A stretch of 64,000 bases of DNA from the NCBI GenBank assembly GCA_963729895.1, contig CAVSQB010000009.1, positions 128,001 to 192,000 of the forward strand, read 5' to 3'. Numbering within the stretch: the first letter of the stretch is position 1; each line of letters begins with the position of its first letter. Positions 9,837 through 20,028 of the stretch are shown one piece after another. Position numbers and translations under genes: made by a program. Below the pieces are notes generated by a model that did not search any database, was not told the DNA's origin, and saw nothing but the letters and a program-made list of their open reading frames with translations. Source of the DNA: an uncultured Fibrobacterota bacterium. GTDB taxonomy: Bacteria > Fibrobacterota > Chitinivibrionia > Chitinivibrionales > FEN-1185.

Positions 9837-11552
9837 ATGACAGTCGGCAAGTTTCTCGTTCTGCTCGCCTGCGCGTGGGCAGTGCTTTGCGTTGTGCCTG
9901 CAAAAACCTGTGCCCAGGCCATTCCAAAACCGGCCGAACAGTTCGGCGCAATATCTATGGACGGGATGTGGACATGGTACGGCGAACCCAAGGCGGTATA
10001 TTATGAGGGTACGCACCGGCGTACCTACATGACGTGGAACACGAGCAGTGGGACAAAGGGAATCGGCTACTACGACCACGACACCAAAGACACTGCAACC
10101 GCATCATTGCCGAAAATGCCCTACAACGGCAGCGACCATAATCATCCGGCCATCATCATGCGGCCAGACGGCAAGATCGTTACTTTCTGTACCGGCCATG
10201 ACGGCGGCGAGGTAACCGAATACATTTCCAAGAATCCCGAAGACATAACGTCGGGATGGGACGGGCCGTATTACCCGGGCGGTAACGGCGGCTACTGCTA
10301 CTGCAACGCCGTGTTTCTCAAAAACGAGGGCACACAGGGACGCTTCTACATTTTTTACCGGGACAATACGCAATATACCGGAGAAACGACCAACTACTGC
10401 CCTGCCTTCTGCACCAGCGACGACTGGGGTGTCACATGGAGCGCCAAGAAACGGCTGTATGTCTATGTGGGCAGCGCGTATAAGCCTTACCTCAAGTACG
10501 CCTCGGACGGGCTTTCGGAAATATACATATCCATCGAATACCAGAACCGGGAAGGTGACGGAAAAGGCAGGCCCGATTACTTTATGAAGTACAGTAACGG
10601 AACTTTCTACACCGTGGACAACAGGGTGCTCGCCACCATGGCAACGCTACCGGTTGTCAACACGCAGCTCGACACCATTTTCTACCCGTATACCTACGGG
10701 GCCGGGTTCAGCAACACCTGTTGCGACATAGCAATCGACGCCAACAACAATCCGGTTATCCTGTACTGCGCGTTCCAGAGCACGACACTGTACGAGTACT
10801 GGTACATGCGTTGGACCGGCACCTCATGGTTCAAACGGCCGCTCATAAACAGCGGCGCCTACCGCGGCGCCCAGAGCGGATTTTTTGCCGGCCTCACCTT
10901 CGACCATGAGAACCCGAACAACATCTATGTGTGCAGGCAGCTTCTCAGGCCGTCGGGAACGCCCTTTAATCTGATGGACACATCGGTTGCAAATTACAAA
11001 ACCCTCTCCGCCGCCGCATGGGTGACGGTCGACACGGTTCACGAACTTGACAGATGGACAACCCCGGACGGCGGCGTAACCTGGGACAGCATCGCCATCA
11101 CCCGTGGATCGCTCAACAAGAACATGCTGCCCTGCGTGCCGCGCAACCACAAACCCAACATGAAGATCGACTGTATGTGGCTCAACGGCGTGTACACCAG
11201 CATGGATGCCAGCGGTTACAATTGCGCGGTGAGAGTATTCCCCTATAAAGACGGAGAATCGCTCCCAACTACGGCAGTACAGCCCGCGTACCAATCGACC
11301 TTCGCGCCGCGAGGAATGGTTTGCAACGGCACGGGTGTGACTTTTTCCTTGATTCATCCGGAAAGGGCTTCATTCAAGGTGTATTCGCTGAACGGCAGGA
11401 TTGTGGCAGACCTGACATCTCTGGTGCGAACGATGAATGCAGGCCATGCGACACTTCCCTTTTCGGCCATGCACATTTCCAATGAGGCCTGCGTTGTTGA
11501 CCTTGACAATGGAAGTACGAGAACCGTGAGGAGCTTTGTGGTTACTAAATAG
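9837..11552 (+). CDS. Secreted BNR_4-family beta-propeller 3
   Basis: WTWYGEPKA, SDHNHP, SDDWGVTW, TPDGGVTW, tail VYSLNGR. Confidence 0.75.
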   Translation: MTVGKFLVLLACAWAVLCVVPAKTCAQAIPKPAEQFGAISMDGMWTWYGEPKAVYYEGTHRRTYMTWNTSSGTKGIGYYDHDTKDTATASLPKMPYNGSDHNHPAIIMRPDGKIVTFCTGHDGGEVTEYISKNPEDITSGWDGPYYPGGNGGYCYCNAVFLKNEGTQGRFYIFYRDNTQYTGETTNYCPAFCTSDDWGVTWSAKKRLYVYVGSAYKPYLKYASDGLSEIYISIEYQNREGDGKGRPDYFMKYSNGTFYTVDNRVLATMATLPVVNTQLDTIFYPYTYGAGFSNTCCDIAIDANNNPVILYCAFQSTTLYEYWYMRWTGTSWFKRPLINSGAYRGAQSGFFAGLTFDHENPNNIYVCRQLLRPSGTPFNLMDTSVANYKTLSAAAWVTVDTVHELDRWTTPDGGVTWDSIAITRGSLNKNMLPCVPRNHKPNMKIDCMWLNGVYTSMDASGYNCAVRVFPYKDGESLPTTAVQPAYQSTFAPRGMVCNGTGVTFSLIHPERASFKVYSLNGRIVADLTSLVRTMNAGHATLPFSAMHISNEACVVDLDNGSTRTVRSFVVTK

Positions 11553-11566
11553 AAAAAGGGGGAGTC

Positions 11567-13288
11567 ATGAAATGCGGAAGAGGCCTTTCTCTGTGTCTAT
11601 GCCTGATTGCCCTGGTATTTTGCGTGTCGAACACAAGGGCCCAGGCAATCCCGAAGCCCGGCGAGCAATTCGCCGGGATCACCAACGACGGCATGTGGAC
11701 CTGGTACGGCGAGCCGAAGGCGGTCTATTTTGAAGGGGTGCATCGGCGGACCTACATGGCCTGGAACAAGAGCACCGGCGACAAACAGGTCGCGTACTAC
11801 GACCACGATACAAAGGAAACCCTGTCGGTGATCATGCCGAAAATGCCCTACAATGGCGACGACCACGATCATCCCTCCATCATAATGCGGCCCGACGGCA
11901 GGCTCCTCTTTTTCTGCACAGGACATGACGGCAACGAGGTTACCGAATACATTATGAAGAATCCGGAAGACCTTTCGTCCGGATGGAACGGTCCCTATTA
12001 TCCTGGCGGCAACGGCGGGTACTGCTACCCGAATGCGGTGTTTCTCAAAAACGAGGGAACACAAGGCCGATTCTATATTTTCTACCGGGACAATACACAG
12101 CTTTCGCCAACGGATTCCGTCAATTATTGTCCTTCCTTCTGCACCAGCGACGACTGGGGAGTCACCTGGAGCGCCAAGAAGCGGCTTTACCAATACGTGG
12201 GAAGCGCGTACAAACCGTATCTCAAGTACGCCACCGACGGGCTTTCGGAAATATATATATCCATCGAATTCCAGAACCGGGAGGGAGCAGGACAGGGCAG
12301 GCCCGACTACTTCATGAAATACAGCAACGGGACATTTTATACCGCGGACAACAGACAGCTTGCCACCATGGCGACGCTGCCGGTGTTCAACACACAGCTC
12401 GACACCATTTTCTACGCCTACCGGTACGGTGCCGGCTTCAGCAACACAGCGTGCGACATAGCAATCGACCCGAACAACAATCCGGTTATTCTGTACTGCT
12501 CGTTTCTCGACACATCGCTGTACGAGTACTGGTACATGCGTTGGACGGGCACGTCATGGTTCAAAAGACCGATTGTCAACAGCGGGGCCTATCGCGGCGC
12601 ACAAAGCGGATTCTTTGCCGGCCTCACCTTCGACCACGAGAACGCCAATAACATTTACGTATGCCGGCAACTCCTGAAGCCGGGCACCCCGGCCTTCAAT
12701 CTGCAGGATACTTCGGTGGCAAATTACAAGACCATCAAGGCATCCGATTGGGTGACGGTCGACGCGGTGCACGAACTTGAACGCTGGACAACCACGGACG
12801 GCGGCATCACCTGGGACACCATCGCAATCACCCGCAATTCCGCCAACAAGAACATGCTTCCCTGCGTTCCCCGGAACCACAAGCCCAACATGCAGGTGGA
12901 CGTCATGTGGCTTAACGGCGTGTACACAAGCATGAGCCCTGATAATGGCGGCTACAATTGTGCAGTGAGAATATTTCCTTACTTGCCGGGTGAAGCGCTC
13001 CCGACCACGGCCGCGCAGCCCGTGTTCCGGTCCACCCTTGCGCCCAAAGGAATGGTTTGTAACAGCTTGGGCGTAACCTTCTTCTTGGTGCATCCGGAAA
13101 GGGCTTCATGCAGGGTATATTCGCTGAACGGCAGCCTGATCGCGGACCTTACGTCCACGGTTCGCAGGATGAGCGCCGGCCATGCCACACTCCCCTTTTC
13201 GTCAATGCGTCCAGCAAACGGGGCCTGCGTCGTGGCACTTGACAACGGAAGCACGAGAACAACAGGGAACGTGTTCGTTGTAAAATAG
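11567..13288 (+). CDS. Secreted BNR_4-family beta-propeller 4
   Basis: DDHDHP, SDDWGVTW, TTDGGITW; very close paralog of the preceding gene. Confidence 0.75.
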   Translation: MKCGRGLSLCLCLIALVFCVSNTRAQAIPKPGEQFAGITNDGMWTWYGEPKAVYFEGVHRRTYMAWNKSTGDKQVAYYDHDTKETLSVIMPKMPYNGDDHDHPSIIMRPDGRLLFFCTGHDGNEVTEYIMKNPEDLSSGWNGPYYPGGNGGYCYPNAVFLKNEGTQGRFYIFYRDNTQLSPTDSVNYCPSFCTSDDWGVTWSAKKRLYQYVGSAYKPYLKYATDGLSEIYISIEFQNREGAGQGRPDYFMKYSNGTFYTADNRQLATMATLPVFNTQLDTIFYAYRYGAGFSNTACDIAIDPNNNPVILYCSFLDTSLYEYWYMRWTGTSWFKRPIVNSGAYRGAQSGFFAGLTFDHENANNIYVCRQLLKPGTPAFNLQDTSVANYKTIKASDWVTVDAVHELERWTTTDGGITWDTIAITRNSANKNMLPCVPRNHKPNMQVDVMWLNGVYTSMSPDNGGYNCAVRIFPYLPGEALPTTAAQPVFRSTLAPKGMVCNSLGVTFFLVHPERASCRVYSLNGSLIADLTSTVRRMSAGHATLPFSSMRPANGACVVALDNGSTRTTGNVFVVK

Positions 13289-13411
13289 GCCAGCCAAGGC
13301 GCGGCATTCGCAAGATTTCATGATGCGAATGGATCATTTGTGGTTATATTAGACGATGGCAAGGCACGGCAACCAAGGTCGCTGCAAAGGTAATTGAGGG
13401 AGGAATTCAAT

Positions 13412-14992
13412 ATGCGGATGAAGTCGATCCTTTGGAGTTCGATGCTTCTTTTCGCAGCATCGGGATACGTGCACCTGGGTAGCGCGCAGGCGGTCCCCAA
13501 GCCGGGCGCAAACTTTACTTCGATCACCGGAAACGGCGCATGGACTTGGTATGGAAACCCGGTTTCGATTTACTACGAGGGCAAATACAGAAAGACCTAC
13601 ATGGGTTGGATTTCCAACACCGGTGTCATCGCCGTTGCATCGTACGACCATGCGACAGGCGATACGGCCACCAAGGTGATCCGGACCGGCTATGCGGTCG
13701 ACGACCATAACCACCCGAGCCTGCTCATGCGCCCCGACGGACACCTCATGGTGTTCTTTTGCGGCCACGACGGAGCAACGATGAGCCTGTATGTTTCCAC
13801 CAATCCCGAAGACATCTCCTCGTTCGGCCCGGAACTTCAAGTCGCTCCCGGCCCGGGCATCACCTACGCCTATCCCAACCCAATGTTCCTGAGCGCGGAA
13901 GGTGATAGCGGCAGGATTTTCCTCTTCTACCGCAGCATGGGGCTCAAGCCGTGCTTCACCTACAGCGATGACTGGGGAAAGACTTGGACACCCACAAAAA
14001 ACTATTACACCAATCCGGATAGCACGCCCAAGTCGTATGTCAACTACTGCTGCAACGGCAAGGACGAAATTGACATGGTAATCGAAAAAGGGCATCGTGC
14101 AGGCTACTGGCCCCTATATTTCCTCAGGTACAAGAACGGCGCTTTTTACAAAATTGACGGCACCCAACTGGCCACCATGGACCAATTGCCTGTCTTGAAC
14201 ACCGAGCTCGACACCGTGATGGACCCCGCTTCTTCGGGCTGCCACGGCTCCGCATGGGACATAACCCTTGACAACAACGGATATCCCGTGGTGGCCTACG
14301 ACCAGTTCAAGGACGCCAACAACCACATCTACTACTATGTCCGCTGGACCGGGACGTCCTGGTTCAAACAGGCGTTGGTGAACAGCGGGGCCGACATGGG
14401 AGCCGAAGACGGGTTCGCCGGAGGCGTAACCCTCAATCACGACTACCCAGGCATCGTGTACATGTCGCGACAGATAAACGGCATGCATGAAATCGACAAA
14501 TGGATGACTTCCGACGGCGGAACTACCTGGGATTCTGCGGCCATCACACGCGGCTCGGCAAACAAGAACACCCGCCCCATCGTGCCCCGCGGACACGTGA
14601 TGGGCGACAAACTTGAGGTGATATGGATGTACGGCTCCTACACCGCATTCACCGGTACCGGATTCAACACCGCGGTAAAGATGTATGCTTTTAATGAGAC
14701 CGTGGGGGTAAAAGACCGCTTATCAGCGGCGTCAACCGTGAACGGCGGGCTGGTCCGGTTGTCAAAAGCCGGCATGTCGATCGACCTTGTCAATCGAGCT
14801 CAGTCATCGCTCAAATTGTACTCCTTGGATGGCCGCCTTGTGGCCGACCTCACGCGCTTCTTGCGGGAAGCAAACGCGAGTCCGGTATTTGTTCCCTTTT
14901 CCCAGGTGCGCTGCGCATCCGGCGCCTGCCTGCTTGAATTGAATCACAATGGTTTTCGAACTGTGGAAAAGGTGATGGTTTCTCGTCGGTAA
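13412..14992 (+). CDS. Secreted BNR_4-family beta-propeller 5
   Basis: GAWTWY, DDHNHP, AYPNP, SDDWGKTW, TSDGGTTW, tail LYSLDGR; GGAGG RBS before ATG 13412. Confidence 0.75.
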   Translation: MRMKSILWSSMLLFAASGYVHLGSAQAVPKPGANFTSITGNGAWTWYGNPVSIYYEGKYRKTYMGWISNTGVIAVASYDHATGDTATKVIRTGYAVDDHNHPSLLMRPDGHLMVFFCGHDGATMSLYVSTNPEDISSFGPELQVAPGPGITYAYPNPMFLSAEGDSGRIFLFYRSMGLKPCFTYSDDWGKTWTPTKNYYTNPDSTPKSYVNYCCNGKDEIDMVIEKGHRAGYWPLYFLRYKNGAFYKIDGTQLATMDQLPVLNTELDTVMDPASSGCHGSAWDITLDNNGYPVVAYDQFKDANNHIYYYVRWTGTSWFKQALVNSGADMGAEDGFAGGVTLNHDYPGIVYMSRQINGMHEIDKWMTSDGGTTWDSAAITRGSANKNTRPIVPRGHVMGDKLEVIWMYGSYTAFTGTGFNTAVKMYAFNETVGVKDRLSAASTVNGGLVRLSKAGMSIDLVNRAQSSLKLYSLDGRLVADLTRFLREANASPVFVPFSQVRCASGACLLELNHNGFRTVEKVMVSRR

Positions 14993-15047
14993 AAGATATC
15001 CGGCAACGTTCGTTTGTTTTGTTGTATGTAATGAGCTTTCCTGGAAA

Positions 15048-15068
15048 GCACCCTCATCATGAGGGTGC
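15048..15068. other. Intergenic palindrome GCACCCTCAT-C-ATGAGGGTGC
   Basis: Perfect 10-bp arms, no U-tract. Confidence 0.5.
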
Positions 15069-15158
15069 CTGTCACTATGTCAAGACAGTACAGGATTTCC
15101 GTGATCGGGAATTTCTTGATCGATTAAGCGATATTGAAATCCAAAAGGGGGGAAAATC

Positions 15159-16835
15159 ATGCGTTCCATCAAGGTGCCGGTTCTTTCTTTCTTGACGCTT
15201 TTAGTCGCGTTTTCTGTCCCGCAAAATCTTTTTGCGCAAACAATCCCGCAACCGGGCGAAAGTTTCTCCGAAATCACCAACAATGGTATGTGGACGTGGT
15301 ACGGCGAACCAAAAGCCGTTTACTACGAGGGAGTGCACCGGCGCACCTACATCGGCTGGAACTCCAACATCAGCACGGGCGCGCAATTTGTCGGTTACTA
15401 CGATCACGACACAAAAACAACCGCCCAGGTCGAGCTTCCAAGGCATTATCCCGCAGACGACCACAACCACCCGAGTGTAATCGTGCGGCCCGACGGCCGG
15501 ATTATGATTTTCCACACCGGACACGACGGCAAGGAAATTTCCGAATACATTTCCAAGAACCCCGAAGATATTACGGCTCTGGATACTTTTACGGTAACCA
15601 TACTCGACTGGTGCTGCTACCCCAACGTCTGCTTCCTCAAGAACGAAGGCACTCAAGGAAGATACTACCTGTTTTTCCGAGACCTGAACCAAGAACCGTG
15701 GTTCCGTACCAGCGACGACTGGGGAGTAACATGGAGCAAAGAGCTTAATCTTTATACCAACAACCCGCACGGCTACAAGCCGTATTTAAAATGCGCATCG
15801 AACGGAATCGACGAAATCCATATCGACGTAGAGCGTGAGAACCGCGCCGGCGGCGGCAACATCCCCACCTATTACATGAAATACAAGAACGGCGCGTTTT
15901 ACCAGGCAAGCGGTGCGCTGATCACCACCATCGACAAGCTTCCCATTGTCAATACCGTCCTCGACACCGTGATATATCCCGGCGCCTACGGCGCGGGCGG
16001 GACGGTGTGGGACATCGCGTACGACAAAAACGACAATCCCCTTATTCTGTACGATATGTTCTTCAACAACAACTCAACTCATGTGTACTGGTATTTGCGG
16101 TGGACCGGAAGCTATTGGTTCAAAAGGCCGCTGGTGAACAGCGGCAATAACATGGGCGTCGCCGGGCAGCAGTTCTGCGGCGGGTTTACCTTCGACCACG
16201 AAAACCCGAACGTTATTTACGTGTCGCGCCAATTGTTGAAACCCAGCGCCACCCCGTTCAATCTTGCGGACACAAGTTTTGCAAATTACAAGAAGATTGC
16301 CCTAACGAATTTTGTGACCGTCGATTCCGGGTTCGAACTTGACAAGTGGACAACAGCCGACAGCGGCCTTACCTGGGACTCGGCGGCCATCACGCGCGGG
16401 TCGGCTGCAAAGAATATTCGTCCCTGCGTACCGCGCGGTCACAAGGACAACGAGAACATCAACGTAATCTGGCTCGACGGCACCTGCACGAGCATGGGCG
16501 GCGACGGTTACAACATGGCGATACGGATGTATCCGACCGACAGGACGGTGCCCGCGCTCCCGGTGAGCCGGACTCCTGCACCCAACGCAGCCGCGGATCT
16601 CCGGATTACCACAACAGGAATTCAGGTTACGCTTGTCCGGCCGTCGCGCGCGTCCCTGAAAATCTATTCCCTTGCAGGCAGGCTCGTTGCCGACTTGACA
16701 AAACGGATCAGGGCCGCAAGCTCCGGGTTCGTAACGATTCCGTTAGCTGAGATCGGGTGCCCGAAAGGAACGTACCTTGTAAAACTCGACAACGGGGAAT
16801 ACGGGGTCACAAAGAGCGTGGTGACGCTCAGGTAG
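15159..16835 (+). CDS. Secreted BNR_4-family beta-propeller 6
   Basis: WTWYGEPKA, DDHNHP, CYPN, SDDWGVTW, TADSGLTW, tail IYSLAGR...GTYLVKL. Confidence 0.75.
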   Translation: MRSIKVPVLSFLTLLVAFSVPQNLFAQTIPQPGESFSEITNNGMWTWYGEPKAVYYEGVHRRTYIGWNSNISTGAQFVGYYDHDTKTTAQVELPRHYPADDHNHPSVIVRPDGRIMIFHTGHDGKEISEYISKNPEDITALDTFTVTILDWCCYPNVCFLKNEGTQGRYYLFFRDLNQEPWFRTSDDWGVTWSKELNLYTNNPHGYKPYLKCASNGIDEIHIDVERENRAGGGNIPTYYMKYKNGAFYQASGALITTIDKLPIVNTVLDTVIYPGAYGAGGTVWDIAYDKNDNPLILYDMFFNNNSTHVYWYLRWTGSYWFKRPLVNSGNNMGVAGQQFCGGFTFDHENPNVIYVSRQLLKPSATPFNLADTSFANYKKIALTNFVTVDSGFELDKWTTADSGLTWDSAAITRGSAAKNIRPCVPRGHKDNENINVIWLDGTCTSMGGDGYNMAIRMYPTDRTVPALPVSRTPAPNAAADLRITTTGIQVTLVRPSRASLKIYSLAGRLVADLTKRIRAASSGFVTIPLAEIGCPKGTYLVKLDNGEYGVTKSVVTLR

Positions 16836-16966
16836 CCGGCGTCCCTGGCCGGTTACTTTCCTTGTCGGACGTTGCGGAAGCATGCCGTCGCGCGCTCGTG
16901 GAAGTATATGCGTTTGCATTTAATCGTTTCAATAGCTTGTCAAACAAGTATGAAAGGAATACCAAA

Positions 16967-18313
16967 GTGAAACCGGTAACATTGCTCTTCGGTTTCTGTA
17001 TTGTACTGGTTACGCAATTTGCAGCTGCCCAGCCCGAATTCACCCCGGACAGCATCAAGGGGGCATGCAAACGCGTGGCAAAGGCGCGCCTGAAGTCCAC
17101 CCAGGACAACGGATGGCAGGGCGGGGCGTATTACGAAGGCGTCATGGCCCTGTATAATATGGCAAAGGACAAGCAATATCTCGACAGTACCGTCGCGTGG
17201 GGAAACTACCACAAGTGGCTGTCCACCTCGTCCGACACATTCACCACAAATTACGACGACATCTGTTGTTATCAGGCCTATCTGGAAACCTATCTGGCTG
17301 ATCCTCAATCCGCGAATTTACCGCATGTTCAGCCGGCGCTCGATTATATCGAACGGTACACCTACCAGATTTGCCCCAACAAGTGCGGTGCCGTGGCATG
17401 GCCTATCGTTGACCAATATCAAATGGCTGCGCCAAACTATCCTCGTGCGGCCCTCATTCTCAACGACACGGTCATGTATGATTCGATTTACCATTTTACC
17501 GTCATGAACGCAACCCACCACTACAATGTCAAATTCCACCTTTTCAATTCGAATTGCAGCGACACCAACACTACTCGACAATGGTGGGGCCGCGGCTGCG
17601 GCTGGGGCGTGTGCGCGACATGCAGGATTCACCAGTACCTGCCGGTAGGCCACCCGGGACGCGTCTGGTGCGAGCAGAGAATTATTGAGACCTGCGCGGA
17701 GCTCTTGACCCTGCAGAACGATACCGACGGCATGTGGCGCAGCGAGCTGTTTACGCCAGCCTGGAACAAGGAGGCGAGCTGTACCGGTCTCTTCTGCTAC
17801 GAGTTTCTGTACGCCATCCGCAACGGAATCGTTGACAGCGCCACATACATAGGTCCGGCCAAGAAAGCATGGAAAGGCATGCTTGACTGCATCGGCGTTG
17901 ACCCCGCCCAGCCTGACCTGATCGGGTGGTCTCAAGGCGTGGGCGGCTCGCCTTCCAACAACTTCGGTATCACCAACCACGACGAATATACCGAAGGCGG
18001 GTTCTTCCTCGCGGGGAACGAGTTTTATCGGCTGCTTACCGAGGGGGTGGTGCACACAGGGACTCCGGTCGGCAGGTCTGTTGCACCTGCGTCGTCCCCC
18101 AGGCATGCGGCGGCTGTCCGGGTGACGACCTGTCTTGACAAGTCAATGCGACTCGCCGCACCCCAGGGGGCGGTGGGACTCGAAGTCTATTCCCTCGACG
18201 GGCGTCTTGTCGGCCGAACAAACATCACAGAGGCGGCGATATCAAGGTTCGCGGCACGTGTAAACGGCTTGCAAACCAATGGTCCGTTCATCGTCAAATA
18301 CCTGTTCCAGTAA
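16967..18313 (+). CDS. Secreted unsaturated uronyl hydrolase, GH105/GH88-like, with C-terminal sorting-like domain
   Basis: W..GAYYEG, DDIC, D.YQMAAP, WGRGCGW, LQ..DGMWRSEL, EASCTGLF, G.F.LAG.E; GTG start at 16967 after an AAGGA RBS gives a signal peptide. Confidence 0.8.
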   Translation: MKPVTLLFGFCIVLVTQFAAAQPEFTPDSIKGACKRVAKARLKSTQDNGWQGGAYYEGVMALYNMAKDKQYLDSTVAWGNYHKWLSTSSDTFTTNYDDICCYQAYLETYLADPQSANLPHVQPALDYIERYTYQICPNKCGAVAWPIVDQYQMAAPNYPRAALILNDTVMYDSIYHFTVMNATHHYNVKFHLFNSNCSDTNTTRQWWGRGCGWGVCATCRIHQYLPVGHPGRVWCEQRIIETCAELLTLQNDTDGMWRSELFTPAWNKEASCTGLFCYEFLYAIRNGIVDSATYIGPAKKAWKGMLDCIGVDPAQPDLIGWSQGVGGSPSNNFGITNHDEYTEGGFFLAGNEFYRLLTEGVVHTGTPVGRSVAPASSPRHAAAVRVTTCLDKSMRLAAPQGAVGLEVYSLDGRLVGRTNITEAAISRFAARVNGLQTNGPFIVKYLFQ

Positions 18314-18333
18314 GAAACCGTTGCACTACATTC

Positions 18334-18367
18334 AAGAAAGCCGCCCCGCGCTCCGGGCGGCTTTCTT
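18334..18367. terminator. Bidirectional rho-independent terminator
   Basis: AAGAAAGCCGCCC-N8-GGGCGGCTTTCTT between convergent operons. Confidence 0.8.
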
Positions 18368-18387
18368 CGTTTGATAAACGGATATCA

Positions 18388-19128
18388 CTACGGCAGGAGC
18401 AGAGGCGGCCGCGCACCAGTCACTACCTTGGCGGCCGCCTGCTGGCTCTTGTATTCCTCCCAAGTATTCCAGGAGTGGCATGCGCCGCAATACCCGGGAT
18501 CGAACACGCCGTTTATGTGCGTCGCGGGATCAACGGCATTGTTTGGGACGCTGTAAAGTGAGTCATGACAGTTGTTACAGCGGTTCACATTGCCACCAAC
18601 CGTCTTGTTGCCGATTGCCGGATATGCCTTGAGCGCATGACCGTAGTGGAACGTGTAAATGCTGTTTGAATCGCTTGTAGTAGTTGAGAGGTCATGGCAC
18701 GCGCCGCACGATCTGTCAATCGAATCCGCGCTCCATTGGACCGTTGCATGCGTTCCCTGCGGAATTCCTCCGTGGCAATACACATTGCTGCATTGCCCGG
18801 AGCCTAGGTCGTAGGCGGCCTTCCCGCTGTCGTCCCAAGGACTTGAGAAAACTACATCGATGCGGCCGTTCATGTGCGTGAGCGTGTCGACGTAGTAGGT
18901 ATTGGTGGTTGGGTCTGCCGCATAGCCAAGGTGGCAACGGGAGCAGGCGTAGCCGAGCGTGTCCACATGGTACGCGTGAGCGCGGTCTGACGGCGGAAGG
19001 CCGTGGCAAATTCCGCATTCGTCGGCGGCAATCGTTGCTCCGGGCGCACCAACCCCATCGTTCACCTCACTGCAGTTCAAGACCAGCAAGGCCAGAACCG
19101 CCGCTATCATGCCGCATGTTTTCTTCAT
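18388..19128 (-). CDS. Lipoprotein multiheme cytochrome c (5 CxxCH + 1 CxxxxCH; Geobacter-type CxxxxCH...CxxCH domain)
   Basis: MKKT...LLVLNC lipobox-like signal; CGICH, CSRCH, CSNVYCH, CGACH, CNNCH, CGACH; HMNG/HING motifs; ATGA overlap with the upstream gene. Confidence 0.85.
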   Translation of the reverse strand: MKKTCGMIAAVLALLVLNCSEVNDGVGAPGATIAADECGICHGLPPSDRAHAYHVDTLGYACSRCHLGYAADPTTNTYYVDTLTHMNGRIDVVFSSPWDDSGKAAYDLGSGQCSNVYCHGGIPQGTHATVQWSADSIDRSCGACHDLSTTTSDSNSIYTFHYGHALKAYPAIGNKTVGGNVNRCNNCHDSLYSVPNNAVDPATHINGVFDPGYCGACHSWNTWEEYKSQQAAAKVVTGARPPLLLP

Positions 19129-20027
19129 CGTAGTCTGTTCTCGTGACACTGACTGCACGAATTCCTTTCGTGGCACATTGCGCAATTGCTCACGTCCATC
19201 CGAACGTCATTGCCGTGCATAAACCGGTAGCCCGGCGGATGAATCCGGCACGATGTTTGTCCAAAGTGGCACCTGTCGCACTCCTGTTTGCTGTGACACT
19301 GCATGCATTCGGCTTTGTTGTAATCGGCTTCCATGCCATGGCCGTTTCTTCCAACCCACGCATACGTGTGCGACTTGGGCTTGATTTGCGCCAGATCGTT
19401 GTGGCATAGGGAACACTGGCCGGACGATTTGCGGTCATCGTGGCATGTGAGGCACGTCTTCATGGCCGGATAATTGTTTTGCGCCATCCAGTTCGCCCGC
19501 TGCGGCTCGGCATGGCAACGGCCGCAGTCTTTCACCCGTGCATAGTGCTTTTCATGAGAGAATTTTACCCGGTACAGATCGGACTGCATCGTTTTCTTTT
19601 CGGGCGTTTTGTGGCAGCTCGTGCAGCTCATGTCCATGTTGCGCTGCACATGGCATACCCCGCACCCTTTGTGCATTGTCTCCATGCCGCGTACGCCCTT
19701 GTGGCACTGGCTGCACTGTTTGATTCGGCCGTCGTTGCCTTGGCGGTGGTGGCACACAATGCACGAAATGCCGGCCTTTTCGAACACGCGATGCGACAAC
19801 ACAACAGGCCCCGGGCTCCAGCCCACCTTTACGGCGGAAAGCCCGGTGTCTTGTGCGGAAACGAATGAATCCACCGAGGTAAGTATCACCGTGTCGGTGG
19901 AAATCGAGTCATGGAGGAAAACGTCAGGCTGCGAGCAGCCCGGTCGGGCCGCAAACGCCATAATTGCGCCGGCGCATGACACCACCGACCAGACCCGCTT
20001 CACAATTCTGCGATTGTCGTTTGTCAT
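19125..20027 (-). CDS. Periplasmic 11-heme cytochrome c (c3/c7-like modules)
   Basis: Signal peptide; 11 CxxCH motifs counted (CIVCH, CSQCH, CGVCH, CTSCH, CGRCH, CLTCH, CSLCH, CMQCH, CDRCH, CAMCH, CSQCH); FSHEKH motif. Confidence 0.9.
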   Translation of the reverse strand: MTNDNRRIVKRVWSVVSCAGAIMAFAARPGCSQPDVFLHDSISTDTVILTSVDSFVSAQDTGLSAVKVGWSPGPVVLSHRVFEKAGISCIVCHHRQGNDGRIKQCSQCHKGVRGMETMHKGCGVCHVQRNMDMSCTSCHKTPEKKTMQSDLYRVKFSHEKHYARVKDCGRCHAEPQRANWMAQNNYPAMKTCLTCHDDRKSSGQCSLCHNDLAQIKPKSHTYAWVGRNGHGMEADYNKAECMQCHSKQECDRCHFGQTSCRIHPPGYRFMHGNDVRMDVSNCAMCHERNSCSQCHENRLR

Positions 20028-20028
20028 G

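Noticed and set aside
6215..16835. GH33 sialidases because of the Asp-boxes
   Set aside because: No RIP motif; the WTWY and DDHN pattern fits BNR_4 instead.
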